DNA from: Candidatus Omnitrophota bacterium
GTDB taxonomy: Bacteria; Omnitrophota; Gorgyraeia; 2-01-FULL-45-10
DNA length: 64,000 bases
Assembly (NCBI GenBank): GCA_017993955.1
Contig: JAGOLR010000003.1
Span: 6,878 to 70,877, forward strand
Reading direction: 5' to 3'
Part shown: positions 40,260-49,631 of the stretch, piece after piece
How the letters are laid out: each line of letters opens with the position of its first letter
How positions within the stretch are numbered: position 1 is the first letter of the stretch
Made by a program: the position numbers and the translations under genes
The notes under the pieces: generated by a model
Seen by the model: the letters and a program-made list of their open reading frames with translations, nothing else
Databases searched by the model: none
What the model was told of the DNA's origin: nothing

Positions 40260-41650
40260 AGATACTCCTGATAGTGTATGATAACGATTCCTTCCTTCAT
40301 TGGTTTCCCCTCGGACTTGGCTATATAGCGGCCGTTCTAAAAAGAGAGGGCCATGACGTGGAGATTTATCAGCAGGATGCGCACCATTTCCCTGAATCTC
40401 ATCTCACTGCACATCTTGAAAAGTCCCACTATGATGTAGTCGGAATCGGGGTTATAGCGGGTTATTATCAATACAGAAAAATCCTGAAGATTTCCGAGGC
40501 CATACGGAGGTCGAAAGATAAGCCGTTTTTTATTATAGGCGGCCATGGCCCAACACCCGAGCCGGAATTTTTCCTGAAGAAGACCGGGGCCGATGCGGTC
40601 ATTCTGGGCGAAGGAGAGGAAACGGTAGTGGAATTATGTGATGCGCTGAGTCGTGGGAGATCATGGAAGGATGTCAAGGGTATCGCGTATATCGATAACG
40701 ATACCGGAAAGCGTGTGATGACCGGATCTAGGCCGCTCATTAAGGATCTAGATACTATACCCTATCAGGCATGGGACCTTTTCGATATCGGCTATTACTC
40801 ATTATTCCGATTTCCGAATATAAGTCATAATCAGCGCGGCCTGCCCATAATTACCGGCCGCGGTTGCCCGTATACCTGCAATTTTTGCTATCGAATGGAG
40901 AAAGGCATGCGTCCCCGGACCGCCCAGAGCATAGTTGCTGAGGTTCGGGAATTGATGAAGAGATATGGCGTGACTTATATATCTTTTTGTGATGACCTTT
41001 TTATGGTGTCTGAGGCCAGGACAAAGGATTTGTGCGATGCATTCCTGACTGCCGGGCTTGGCATTAACTGGTATTGTAACGGCAGACTTAATTTTGCGTC
41101 AAAGGAAATACTACAACTGATGAAAAGGGCCGGTTGCGTTTTTGTGAATTATGGCATCGAGGCAATGGATGACCGGATACTGAAAAATATGAACAAAGCG
41201 CTGACTATTGAGCAGATAGTGAGGGGCGTAGAAAATACGCTCGCTGTCGGCATTAGCCCCGGATTAAATATTATATTCGGTAACATAGGTGAAGACAGGG
41301 AAACTCTTAATAAAGGAGTTGCGTTCCTGCTTAAGTACGATGATGCATCCCAGCTCAGGACGATAAGGCCCGTGACGCCGTATCCCGGATCTCCGCTGTA
41401 TTACGATGCGATCGATAAGGGATTGTTGAAGGATTGCGAAGATTTTTATGAAAGAAAGCATATAAATTCCGATCTGCTGACGGTTAATTTTACTGGAATG
41501 AGCGATATTGATTTTCATCAGTCTCTTCTAGAGGCAAACAAGGCATTGCTGGCAAATCATTTTAAGAAGAAGCTGCAAAGGGCTGTAGAGCAGTCAGAAA
41601 GTCTGTATATCAAAAAGAATGCCGCATTTCGCGGTTTTAGGCAGACATGA
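40256..41650 (+). CDS. B12-binding domain radical SAM protein
   Basis: 'TGRGCPYTCNFCYRME' and N-terminal 'KILLIVYDNDSF...GLGYIAAVL'. ATGA overlap with the upstream gene. Confidence 0.75.
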   Translation: MKILLIVYDNDSFLHWFPLGLGYIAAVLKREGHDVEIYQQDAHHFPESHLTAHLEKSHYDVVGIGVIAGYYQYRKILKISEAIRRSKDKPFFIIGGHGPTPEPEFFLKKTGADAVILGEGEETVVELCDALSRGRSWKDVKGIAYIDNDTGKRVMTGSRPLIKDLDTIPYQAWDLFDIGYYSLFRFPNISHNQRGLPIITGRGCPYTCNFCYRMEKGMRPRTAQSIVAEVRELMKRYGVTYISFCDDLFMVSEARTKDLCDAFLTAGLGINWYCNGRLNFASKEILQLMKRAGCVFVNYGIEAMDDRILKNMNKALTIEQIVRGVENTLAVGISPGLNIIFGNIGEDRETLNKGVAFLLKYDDASQLRTIRPVTPYPGSPLYYDAIDKGLLKDCEDFYERKHINSDLLTVNFTGMSDIDFHQSLLEANKALLANHFKKKLQRAVEQSESLYIKKNAAFRGFRQT

Positions 41651-41661
41651 GGCTTAAATAA

Positions 41662-43578
41662 ATGGGCCGATCAGGCGGTTCGGAAACAACAAATGTCTGG
41701 GTTCAGAAGATCGGGATAGTGCATATAATCATATTTGCTATGAAGGGTATCTTTTGCAGATATGCCGTATATTATGATGTCCGCGGCATTGACGTAATGA
41801 CAGGTTGGTTTATTGGGTTGCTTAGAAAGTCAGGATTGTGTGGTAATTTTTATCCTGAAAAGTTTCTCCTGGCGGAAAAGGAAGGGGAGGGCTTTGCATC
41901 GGTTCAAAGCATGTTTAAAGACCTGGATAAATCAATCGACAATTTTGTAGCGAAGCACTATGCTGCGGAATCGGACAGGTTAAAAAGGACCATAAAGTCG
42001 TATGTTGCGTATGCGTTGCGAAATAATAGCGCTTTCATGATCGCAGCCGGACGCAAGGCCGATGATACGAAAGGGGGTCGAAACCTGTTTTGTATAAGAA
42101 GGCACCCTCTCAATCACATACTGATTGACTACTATGTGAAAGAGCTAGGTTTGTTGGTAGGGGAGTGCGGCTTGCGGGACGTGATAATGTTTTATCTTAC
42201 CTCGTGTCTGTCTATCTGTTCGTCGGTCCTTTTCGCATGTATACCTGAAAGGACGATCCGCGATGCGGTGAATGTGAAACCGTCGATCTGGGTGGAATAT
42301 GCACCGCTTGATATATTGGATTTCTCTTTTTGGAGCGACTTCGTTGACAGGAGCGATTTTGATATAGTGGCGTATTTTGACCGGCCTGACTATGGTGATA
42401 TGGATAAAATTAAGTCGAAAGTCATATCGCGCGGGTTCAAGTGGGTGCAGTTTAACCATCCCCGATCGGCAAGACTTGGCAAGGTTTGTCTGCGCAGGCT
42501 TTTCAGAGGCTTGCCTTTCAGAGGTTATCGCGGTCTGCCCCTCTGGGCCCACATATTCCGCGTTGAATACCAGCTGACTTTTCTTTTGTATGAGGCTATT
42601 TTTAAGCGCTTTAAGGTTAAAATACTCATTCAGCATCAGGAGGCTGCCTGGAAGCAGAATGTTCAAGCTGCCGCCGTTGAATCGGCCGGGGGTATTATGA
42701 TCGGGTACAACTGGTCTATCTATTATTTCCGGTATCTACCGACGCATACATTTCCGCAGCATGTCTATTTTGTGTGGGGGAATGAGGTAGGCCGTTGTAT
42801 TGAGAAGATTGATAAACCGAAGTGCCTTCTGCCATCCGGGCTATGGATAACGTATGATGCCAAGGATGCACCGGCGGCACTGGAGAGCCTTGATAAAGGG
42901 ATTGCATTCAAGATCGCTATTTTCGACAATTCGACTGGTCAAACAACGGCATATTCGCCGGAAATGCTGCTAAGGTTCTATGTGATGCTTTTACGGTTAC
43001 TTGCGGATCATCGCGATTGGGGTGGCATCATAAAGAGTAAAAGCTACGATACGGCTGTTTTGGGATCATTTGCGGGCGGTGAGGAGGTGGTGGCGCAGAT
43101 GGAAGCGCTTATCGCTTCCAGGCGACTTGTGGTCCTCGATCGTAATTATAGTCCATTAGCCGCGTCATCAAACGCTGATATTTCAGTTTGTTTTGGTTTA
43201 AATACCGCAGGCATTATTTCTGGAATACACGGTCTCAGGTCTATTCATTGGGACTGCGGGGGCATAGTGACGCGTGTGGAGAATGCGGAATATTACAAGG
43301 ATATCGCGTATGTTGCGCTTGAAGATCTTAGCGCGGCGATCCTGAAGGCGGCTGCAGGAGACCGAAGTGTAGGGGATTTTTCAAAATGGCGTCAGCAGTT
43401 TAACTATTTTGACGATTTTCGCGCGGCCGAACGCGTCGGAGATTTTATACAAACGTATATGACCGAGCTCCTTCAGACAGGAGATGTGCACCAATCGTTG
43501 GCTCGATCCGTGCAAAGGTATAATCTGAAGAATAATTATACGAGGTCCAGTGCGGAGGTGGTTTTTGCGAAAGCATGA
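41662..43578 (+). CDS. hypothetical 638-aa protein of unknown function; the C-terminal region is paralogous to the C-terminal domain of the 47458-49629 gene product (candidate CMP-sugar transferase-like domain)
   Basis: There are no recognisable catalytic motifs of the common families. It shares 'A[DH][HR]..' and 'A(A/H)SS(N/T).(D/S)IS' segments with the 47458 gene product. A large antisense ORF within it is considered a shadow ORF. Confidence 0.4.
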   Translation: MGRSGGSETTNVWVQKIGIVHIIIFAMKGIFCRYAVYYDVRGIDVMTGWFIGLLRKSGLCGNFYPEKFLLAEKEGEGFASVQSMFKDLDKSIDNFVAKHYAAESDRLKRTIKSYVAYALRNNSAFMIAAGRKADDTKGGRNLFCIRRHPLNHILIDYYVKELGLLVGECGLRDVIMFYLTSCLSICSSVLFACIPERTIRDAVNVKPSIWVEYAPLDILDFSFWSDFVDRSDFDIVAYFDRPDYGDMDKIKSKVISRGFKWVQFNHPRSARLGKVCLRRLFRGLPFRGYRGLPLWAHIFRVEYQLTFLLYEAIFKRFKVKILIQHQEAAWKQNVQAAAVESAGGIMIGYNWSIYYFRYLPTHTFPQHVYFVWGNEVGRCIEKIDKPKCLLPSGLWITYDAKDAPAALESLDKGIAFKIAIFDNSTGQTTAYSPEMLLRFYVMLLRLLADHRDWGGIIKSKSYDTAVLGSFAGGEEVVAQMEALIASRRLVVLDRNYSPLAASSNADISVCFGLNTAGIISGIHGLRSIHWDCGGIVTRVENAEYYKDIAYVALEDLSAAILKAAAGDRSVGDFSKWRQQFNYFDDFRAAERVGDFIQTYMTELLQTGDVHQSLARSVQRYNLKNNYTRSSAEVVFAKA

Positions 43579-44053
43579 TCGCAAGATCGTTCTGCGGAAT
43601 ATATCTTTGATCGTATACGACTTTGACGGTGTCCTTACGGATAATAAGGTCATTCTCCGCGAAGACGGTATGGAGAGCGTGGTCCTTAACAGGTCAGACG
43701 GTATGGCTATGAGAATGATCATGGATAGAGGGATTGAGCAGATCATAATAACGTCGGAAGTGAACAACATAGCGCTCGCGCGATCAAAAAAGTTGGGGAT
43801 AGCGGCAATGAGCAGGGTGAATGATAAGAAGAGGGCCCTTGTGGAGTATTGCGGTAAGCGCGACGTACCATTGAGCCGGGTTTTGTATATCGGAAATGAT
43901 ATAAATGATCTTGAAGTCATGAAAGCGGTCGGGGTTGCTGCGTGTCCTTCGGATGCGTGCGATGAGATCAGGACGATCGCCGATCTGATCCTGCGTTCGC
44001 GCGGAGGGTGCGGCGTTGTGCGGGAACTATTGAACTCATTACAGGCTTTATAG
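43550..44053 (+). CDS. HAD-IIIA family sugar-phosphate phosphatase (KdsC / nonulosonate-9-phosphate phosphatase-like)
   Basis: 'LIVYDFDGVLTDN' (DxDGV motif) and 'YIGNDINDLEVMKAVGVAACPSDA'. Confidence 0.8.
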   Translation: MRRWFLRKHDRKIVLRNISLIVYDFDGVLTDNKVILREDGMESVVLNRSDGMAMRMIMDRGIEQIIITSEVNNIALARSKKLGIAAMSRVNDKKRALVEYCGKRDVPLSRVLYIGNDINDLEVMKAVGVAACPSDACDEIRTIADLILRSRGGCGVVRELLNSLQAL

Positions 44054-44073
44054 TGAAAGATCGATAAAAGGAG

Positions 44074-44976
44074 ATGCGGTATATGGGAAAGAGGACTGTG
44101 AAGATCGGCACTAAAGTTATCGGCGATGCAATGCCCTGTTATGTGATCGCTGAGATAGGCATTAACCATAACGGATCCTTGGACATAGCAAAAAGGCTCA
44201 TCGATGCCGCCTACGATTCGGGGTGCGATGCGGTCAAGTTTCAAAAACGGACTATCGACATAGTTTATAGTCAGGAGGAGTTGTCCAAACCCCGAGAGAG
44301 CCCGTTCGGCAAAACGAATGGTGACTTGAAGAGGGGGTTGGAATTCGGCGCGAAAGAATATGCTGAGATTGACTCGTATTGTAAGGCCAAAGGCATTGTC
44401 TGGTTTGCCTCGTGCTGGGACGAGAATTCAGTGGACTTCATCAGTCGATTCGAAGTACCGTGTTATAAGGTAGCCTCGGCATCGCTTACCGATGATGCTT
44501 TATTGAAGCATCATCGCGCAAAGGGCAGGCCAATCATCCTTTCGACGGGGATGAGTGACATGAGGATGATCGAGCATGCCCATGATGTCCTGGGAGAGGA
44601 TGATTTGATCATTATGCACTGCACGAGCACCTATCCTTCAAAACCGGAAGAGCTCAATCTTGGCGGCATACGGACGTTGCTGCAAAGATTTAATCTGCCG
44701 ATAGGGTATTCCGGTCATGAGGTTGGCCTATACACGACATTCGCTGCCGTTGTACTTGGCGCATCCGTCGTTGAACGTCACATCACCCTGGACAGGTCAA
44801 TGTGGGGCAGTGACCAGGCCGCTTCCGTTGAACCTCAGGGATTCAAGCGCCTGGTTTCGGATATTCGAACCTGGGAGCAGGCAAAGGGGGATGGCGATAT
44901 TCGGATATATGAAAGCGAAATACCCATTATAAAGAAGTTAAGGCGGGTGGGCGGAGATGTCGGTGTCAAAGCATAG
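44074..44976 (+). CDS. N-acetylneuraminate-synthase-family (NeuB-like) nonulosonic/ulosonic acid synthase, second paralog
   Basis: 'CYVIAEIGINHNGSLDIAKRLIDAAYDSGCDAVKFQKR' and 'GYSGHE'. Confidence 0.75.
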   Translation: MRYMGKRTVKIGTKVIGDAMPCYVIAEIGINHNGSLDIAKRLIDAAYDSGCDAVKFQKRTIDIVYSQEELSKPRESPFGKTNGDLKRGLEFGAKEYAEIDSYCKAKGIVWFASCWDENSVDFISRFEVPCYKVASASLTDDALLKHHRAKGRPIILSTGMSDMRMIEHAHDVLGEDDLIIMHCTSTYPSKPEELNLGGIRTLLQRFNLPIGYSGHEVGLYTTFAAVVLGASVVERHITLDRSMWGSDQAASVEPQGFKRLVSDIRTWEQAKGDGDIRIYESEIPIIKKLRRVGGDVGVKA

Positions 44977-45682
44977 AATAGTCGCGGTGATACCCGCCAG
45001 AGGCGGTTCGAAAGGCATTCCCGGGAAAAATATCATAGATTTTTGCGGAAAGCCTTTAATAGCGTGGTCGATCGAGCAGGCCTTGGGTAGTGCTTTGATT
45101 GAAAGAGTGTATGTCTCTTCAGATGATGCCGAGATATGCAAAATTTCAGAATATTACGGAGCGACAGCCATCAAGCGTCCCGCGAGCCTGGCGACTGCCA
45201 GCGCTTCAACGGAAGGTGCGCTCAGCCATGCGGTGCGATCCGTAGAAGATTCCAGCGGTAAAAGCATAGATGCGGTCGTATTTCTTCAAGCTACATCTCC
45301 CCTGAGGGTTACTATAGATATCAATTCCGCCATCGATCTGTTTGTCTCTAAAAAAGCGGACTCTCTTTTTTCCGGTTCCTTGCTCGATGATTTTTGCGTC
45401 TGGGAGCGTAAAGGCCGCAGGCTGAATAGCCTGACCTATGATTATAAGAACAGAGGTCGTAGGCAGGAGAGGGAGCCGCTTTTTCTTGAGAATGGCTCGA
45501 TCTATATATTTAAACCGTCAGTGATCAGGCGGTATAACAACAGGCTTGGTGGCAGGATTGTTTTTTATCCGATGCCTTTTTGGAAATCTTATGAAATAGA
45601 CAAGTCCGAAGATGTAGAGATTTGTGAGTATTACATGCGCAAGAATATACTCAGGAAGGGAGGGTCATGGTGCAAAGACTAG
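44957..45682 (+). CDS. acylneuraminate cytidylyltransferase (CMP-nonulosonate synthetase, NeuA/LegF/PseF-like)
   Basis: 'IVAVIPARGGSKGIPGKNIIDFCGKPLIAWSIEQA' and 'LQATSPLR'. Confidence 0.8.
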   Translation: MSVSKHRIVAVIPARGGSKGIPGKNIIDFCGKPLIAWSIEQALGSALIERVYVSSDDAEICKISEYYGATAIKRPASLATASASTEGALSHAVRSVEDSSGKSIDAVVFLQATSPLRVTIDINSAIDLFVSKKADSLFSGSLLDDFCVWERKGRRLNSLTYDYKNRGRRQEREPLFLENGSIYIFKPSVIRRYNNRLGGRIVFYPMPFWKSYEIDKSEDVEICEYYMRKNILRKGGSWCKD

Positions 45683-46644
45683 TCTATATGAACGGGAAGT
45701 TCGTCCCGGAATCGGAGGCAAAAATTTCAATATTCGATTCGGCATTAATGTTTGGGGACATGGTATTTGAGATGACAAGGTCTTTCAATAAAAAACAGTT
45801 CAAACTTGTTGAGCATCTCGAGCGCTTATATTATGGTATAAAAATATTCAGAATACCTATGAAGATCGATATTGAAGAAATGGAGCATCTTTGCGAAGAG
45901 GTCGTCAGTAAAAATGAACAGGCTTTTGGTAAACACGACGAGCATAGACTTATGATAAACGTGAGCAGAGGCCCCCTAGCTATATACAGCCATGTTTTCG
46001 CAGACAAGTTAGAGCCAACGCTGGTAATAGCAGACTTTCCATTAAAATGGACAGTTACCGGGATGGGAAAACTTTTTGATAAAGGTATAAATGCCGTTAT
46101 AACATCTCAGCGCGCCATACCAGCCTATCTACTGGATCCTAAGATAAAGAATCGAAGCAGGATACATTATCAGATGGCGAATATAGAGGCTTCTTATCAC
46201 AAGGGTGATAATAACTGGGCGCTCTTACTCGACCCAGATGGCTTTATTGCTGAAGGTACAGGAGATAATTTTTTTATAGTTAAGGACGGCATTGTGATAA
46301 CCCCCGAAGGTCGCAATATACTTAGGGGTATAAGCAGGGCTTATGTTTTTGAACTCTGCGAACAATTGAAACTAAAATATATAGAGAAGAATATAGAGCC
46401 TTACGATGTCTATACTGCTGATGAAGCTTTTATGACCGGCACGCCCTTTTGTGCGTTGCCTGTAACCAGTCTGAACGGGATATTGATCGGAAGCGGCGGC
46501 AGGATGGGTAAGATAACAAAACGGATTTTAGACAGGTGGGGAGAAAATGTCGGTGTCGATATAGTCGCCCAGATAAAAAAGTTTAATGAAGAAACCGAGA
46601 ACCTGAATAAGGTTGCCGGTCCCACGCCCTACAAATTCGATTAA
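45667..46644 (+). CDS. PLP fold-type IV aminotransferase (branched-chain/D-amino-acid aminotransferase family). The start is possibly the ATG at 45688
   Basis: 'MNGKFVPESEAKISIFDSALMFGDMVFE' is the typical BCAT/DAAT N-terminus. Confidence 0.7.
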   Translation: MVQRLVYMNGKFVPESEAKISIFDSALMFGDMVFEMTRSFNKKQFKLVEHLERLYYGIKIFRIPMKIDIEEMEHLCEEVVSKNEQAFGKHDEHRLMINVSRGPLAIYSHVFADKLEPTLVIADFPLKWTVTGMGKLFDKGINAVITSQRAIPAYLLDPKIKNRSRIHYQMANIEASYHKGDNNWALLLDPDGFIAEGTGDNFFIVKDGIVITPEGRNILRGISRAYVFELCEQLKLKYIEKNIEPYDVYTADEAFMTGTPFCALPVTSLNGILIGSGGRMGKITKRILDRWGENVGVDIVAQIKKFNEETENLNKVAGPTPYKFD

Positions 46645-46660
46645 AAACAGGAAACAAAAA

Positions 46661-47461
46661 ATGGCCAAATGCTTTAATGGTTTGACGACCGTTAATGTGG
46701 AACTTACGAGTATCTGCAATAAGGACTGTTGGATGTGCGGAAGGCGTAAGATAGATCGGGAATATCCGGCAATTAAACTTGGTTATGGAAACATGGATAT
46801 AAGACTCGTGCGGTCCATAGCTCATCAATTGCCTGATGACATAGTAGTGCAGTTGCACAATAACGGTGAACCATTGATGTATCCGGAATTTGGCACAGCA
46901 GCGAAACTTTTTTCTAGGCAGTTAAGGTGCGCCGATACTAATGGCAAGCTCCTCGTTGAGAAGGCCGATGAGATAATTGGTAACATGGATACGCTTACCG
47001 TATCTACTTTCGAGAATGATGAGGAAGCCGATGAACAGTATAGACTCGTGAAAAAGTTTCTTAAGCTTAAACGTGACAGGAAGCCCAACGTGATAATAAG
47101 GTGCTTAGGAGACGTGAAGCTTGAAAGATACAGGAAGCTGGGTTGTATAATAGCAACGCGCATACTCCACTCTCCGCTCGGTAGTTTTAACTACAGAAAG
47201 AAAGCCACCGTACCGGAGATAGGGATATGCCTGGATCTTTTGAATCATATGGTAATAAGGCGGGATGGGAAAGTGTCGACATGCGTGAGATTTGATCCCC
47301 TCGGCTTAGGAGTCATAGGGGATTGTACCATGGGAAAATTATCGGATATATGGGCCGGGCTAAAACGTAAAAAGTTGATCAATTATCATCTGAAGGGCAG
47401 GCGGGATAAAGCACCGTTGTGCAGTTATTGTGAATTCTGGGGCGTTCCAACAGGGTATTGA
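46661..47461 (+). CDS. radical SAM protein (small, about 266 aa)
   Basis: 'ELTSICNKDCWMCGRR' (CxxxCxxC) and 'HNNGEPLM'. Confidence 0.7.
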   Translation: MAKCFNGLTTVNVELTSICNKDCWMCGRRKIDREYPAIKLGYGNMDIRLVRSIAHQLPDDIVVQLHNNGEPLMYPEFGTAAKLFSRQLRCADTNGKLLVEKADEIIGNMDTLTVSTFENDEEADEQYRLVKKFLKLKRDRKPNVIIRCLGDVKLERYRKLGCIIATRILHSPLGSFNYRKKATVPEIGICLDLLNHMVIRRDGKVSTCVRFDPLGLGVIGDCTMGKLSDIWAGLKRKKLINYHLKGRRDKAPLCSYCEFWGVPTGY

Positions 47462-49629
47462 TGATTACAATAAGAAAAAATATTAACAATATAGACGAAT
47501 TTCATAGCCCTGCAGGCAAGGTTGCGATGCATGGGGATGGTCAATCCAAATCTGTGAAGACCTTCAATAAGTTGATTGCTGAAGGGAAGGTGCGTCTGGA
47601 GGAAGTACCGTGTCTATGCGGTGGGGAGACATTTGATCTTATAGCGTCTATTGACAGGCATAACATTTCGCAAAAAACGGTCGTTTGTACGCGTTGCGGC
47701 TTGGTCCAATCCAATCCCAGAATGATGAAGGATGATTGCAGGGATTTTTATTGCTCGGATTTATACCGCAGATGTTATGAAGGAGATGACTATATAGCTA
47801 CTGCTGAAAGGCGGTATGAGGCAAATTATGGTGTTCATATTTATGAGGTAGTAAAAAAGGTTAGAAATATACAAAAAGGTATGTCTGTATTTGAAGTCGG
47901 CGCTGGAGGCGGATGGAACCTTATTCACTTTATGAAAGCAGGCGCTACGGTCGAGGGCTTAGAATATAGTCCGTCGCTTGTTGAATTTGGTAAGCGGCAT
48001 GGAGTGAAGATGACTCAATGCCCGGTTTCTCCGAAGGAAAGAGCTCATGATTTGATAATAGCTAGCCATGTGTTGGAACACGCGGCTGATCCGTTATCAT
48101 TTTTATTATCATTGACAAAACAACTTAAAGATGACGGCCTGATTTATGTGGAAGTGCCTAATATATTGGATTTTAGTATAAAACAATTGCAGAGCGCGCA
48201 TATTTATTATTTTACGCCAGCTACTTTAAGAAGGCTGTGCGCAGCAGCAAGACTGGGTATTGTTTTTAGGGGATCAACTCAGGGTGGCCATCTGTTTGTT
48301 ATATTAAAAAAGGCATCTAAGTATAAAGCCCATGGTTTGGTGAAAAATGATTATTGGACGATTCGGTGCAAGATGCTTGAGGTCAAGTTAAAATACATGG
48401 TGCGAAATTTGTTGAAAAATGTAAGAACTAAAAATTCCAAAATCTTGGATTCTCATACAAAAATTAAAAAGGTTATTTATATAGTAGAATCTCCATTTTG
48501 CCAACGGGATCGCGAAAGGTTTGGCATAGAACTAGTAAGACAGGCCGGATTCGAGGTAGAGATATGGGACTTTACGCCTTTCCTTTATCGTGAAGTGCAT
48601 GATAAGGTGAAAGTTAAGGATCCTACGACCATATCCGATGTAAAGACTGTTTTGACCCATAGCGAGGCTTTGGGAATGATATCCAATCTTGAAAAAAGTG
48701 TATTTGTGATGAGCATGTTATTTTATGGGCCTAAAACATTTCAGATATTTAAGGCTATAACTAAAGCAAAATTAAAATATGCGATATTTGCGGCGAATGC
48801 GATACCGAATATAAATGTAAGAAAAACAAAGGAGGATATTTTCCGCAAACTGCGAAAGATGAAGCCCAAAAATTTGTTGGATAGGATTTGCATGGAGCTG
48901 CCTTTTTATTTAATGGGCATCAAGCCTGCCACTTTTCTTTTGGCAGGCGGTGCTAATTCAACAATAGCCTTTACGCGTTTCCCGGTAAATGCTAATACAA
49001 AAACTATCTGGATGCATTCGCTAGATTACGATATTTATTTACAAGAAAGGCGGACAAATTGCTTAATAGATAATAAAATGGGGGTATTTCTGGATGAAGA
49101 TGTGTGTTTTCATCCGGAATACGTGCGCATGGGGGAACCACCATTTTCTACTGCCGGCAAATATTTTTCTATACTAACCCGATTTTTCGATGACATCAAA
49201 GACCGCTATGGAGTCGAAATAACTATAGCGGCTCACCCGCGTTCAAAATATGAAGATTTTGGTGATTTTTTTTCAGGAAGGCAAGTGACGCGCTGGAGGA
49301 CGGCAGAACTTGTTAAGAAGTCAGCGTTTGTGATAGCACATTCAAGTACTTCTATAAGTTTTGCAGTTTTGTTCAGAAAGCCCATCATCTTTATAACTAC
49401 CGATGACCTTGAGAACAGTCCGCAGGGTGGATTGATCAAGACAATGGCCATGCAATTTAACAAAAAACCTATAAATATAAATAAAGTTCGCTATGTAGAT
49501 TTAGAAAAAGAAATGTTTGTGGATGATTTTTTATATACGAGATATAAAGAGCATTATATAAAAAGGAGCATATCTAAAGATGTTCCTTTTTGGGAAATAT
49601 TTGCTCATAATCTCAAAGAGGTTTCCTAG
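47458..49629 (+). CDS. two-domain protein: N-terminal Zn-ribbon + class I SAM methyltransferase; C-terminal about 420-aa domain with His-Pro / Ser-Ser motifs (putative CMP-sugar-dependent glycosyltransferase, inference)
   Basis: N-terminal 'CLCGG...CTRCG' and 'VFEVGAGGGWNL', 'LIIASHVLEHAADP'. C-terminal 'ITIAAHPRSKYEDF' followed about 35 aa later by 'FVIAHSSTSISFA'. Confidence 0.55.
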   Translation: MMITIRKNINNIDEFHSPAGKVAMHGDGQSKSVKTFNKLIAEGKVRLEEVPCLCGGETFDLIASIDRHNISQKTVVCTRCGLVQSNPRMMKDDCRDFYCSDLYRRCYEGDDYIATAERRYEANYGVHIYEVVKKVRNIQKGMSVFEVGAGGGWNLIHFMKAGATVEGLEYSPSLVEFGKRHGVKMTQCPVSPKERAHDLIIASHVLEHAADPLSFLLSLTKQLKDDGLIYVEVPNILDFSIKQLQSAHIYYFTPATLRRLCAAARLGIVFRGSTQGGHLFVILKKASKYKAHGLVKNDYWTIRCKMLEVKLKYMVRNLLKNVRTKNSKILDSHTKIKKVIYIVESPFCQRDRERFGIELVRQAGFEVEIWDFTPFLYREVHDKVKVKDPTTISDVKTVLTHSEALGMISNLEKSVFVMSMLFYGPKTFQIFKAITKAKLKYAIFAANAIPNINVRKTKEDIFRKLRKMKPKNLLDRICMELPFYLMGIKPATFLLAGGANSTIAFTRFPVNANTKTIWMHSLDYDIYLQERRTNCLIDNKMGVFLDEDVCFHPEYVRMGEPPFSTAGKYFSILTRFFDDIKDRYGVEITIAAHPRSKYEDFGDFFSGRQVTRWRTAELVKKSAFVIAHSSTSISFAVLFRKPIIFITTDDLENSPQGGLIKTMAMQFNKKPININKVRYVDLEKEMFVDDFLYTRYKEHYIKRSISKDVPFWEIFAHNLKEVS

Positions 49630-49631
49630 AT

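Noticed and set aside
43381-44244. 287-aa minus-strand ORF
   Set aside because: It is completely antisense to the KdsC-like phosphatase and the start of the second NeuB-like gene, and has no motifs. It is a shadow ORF.
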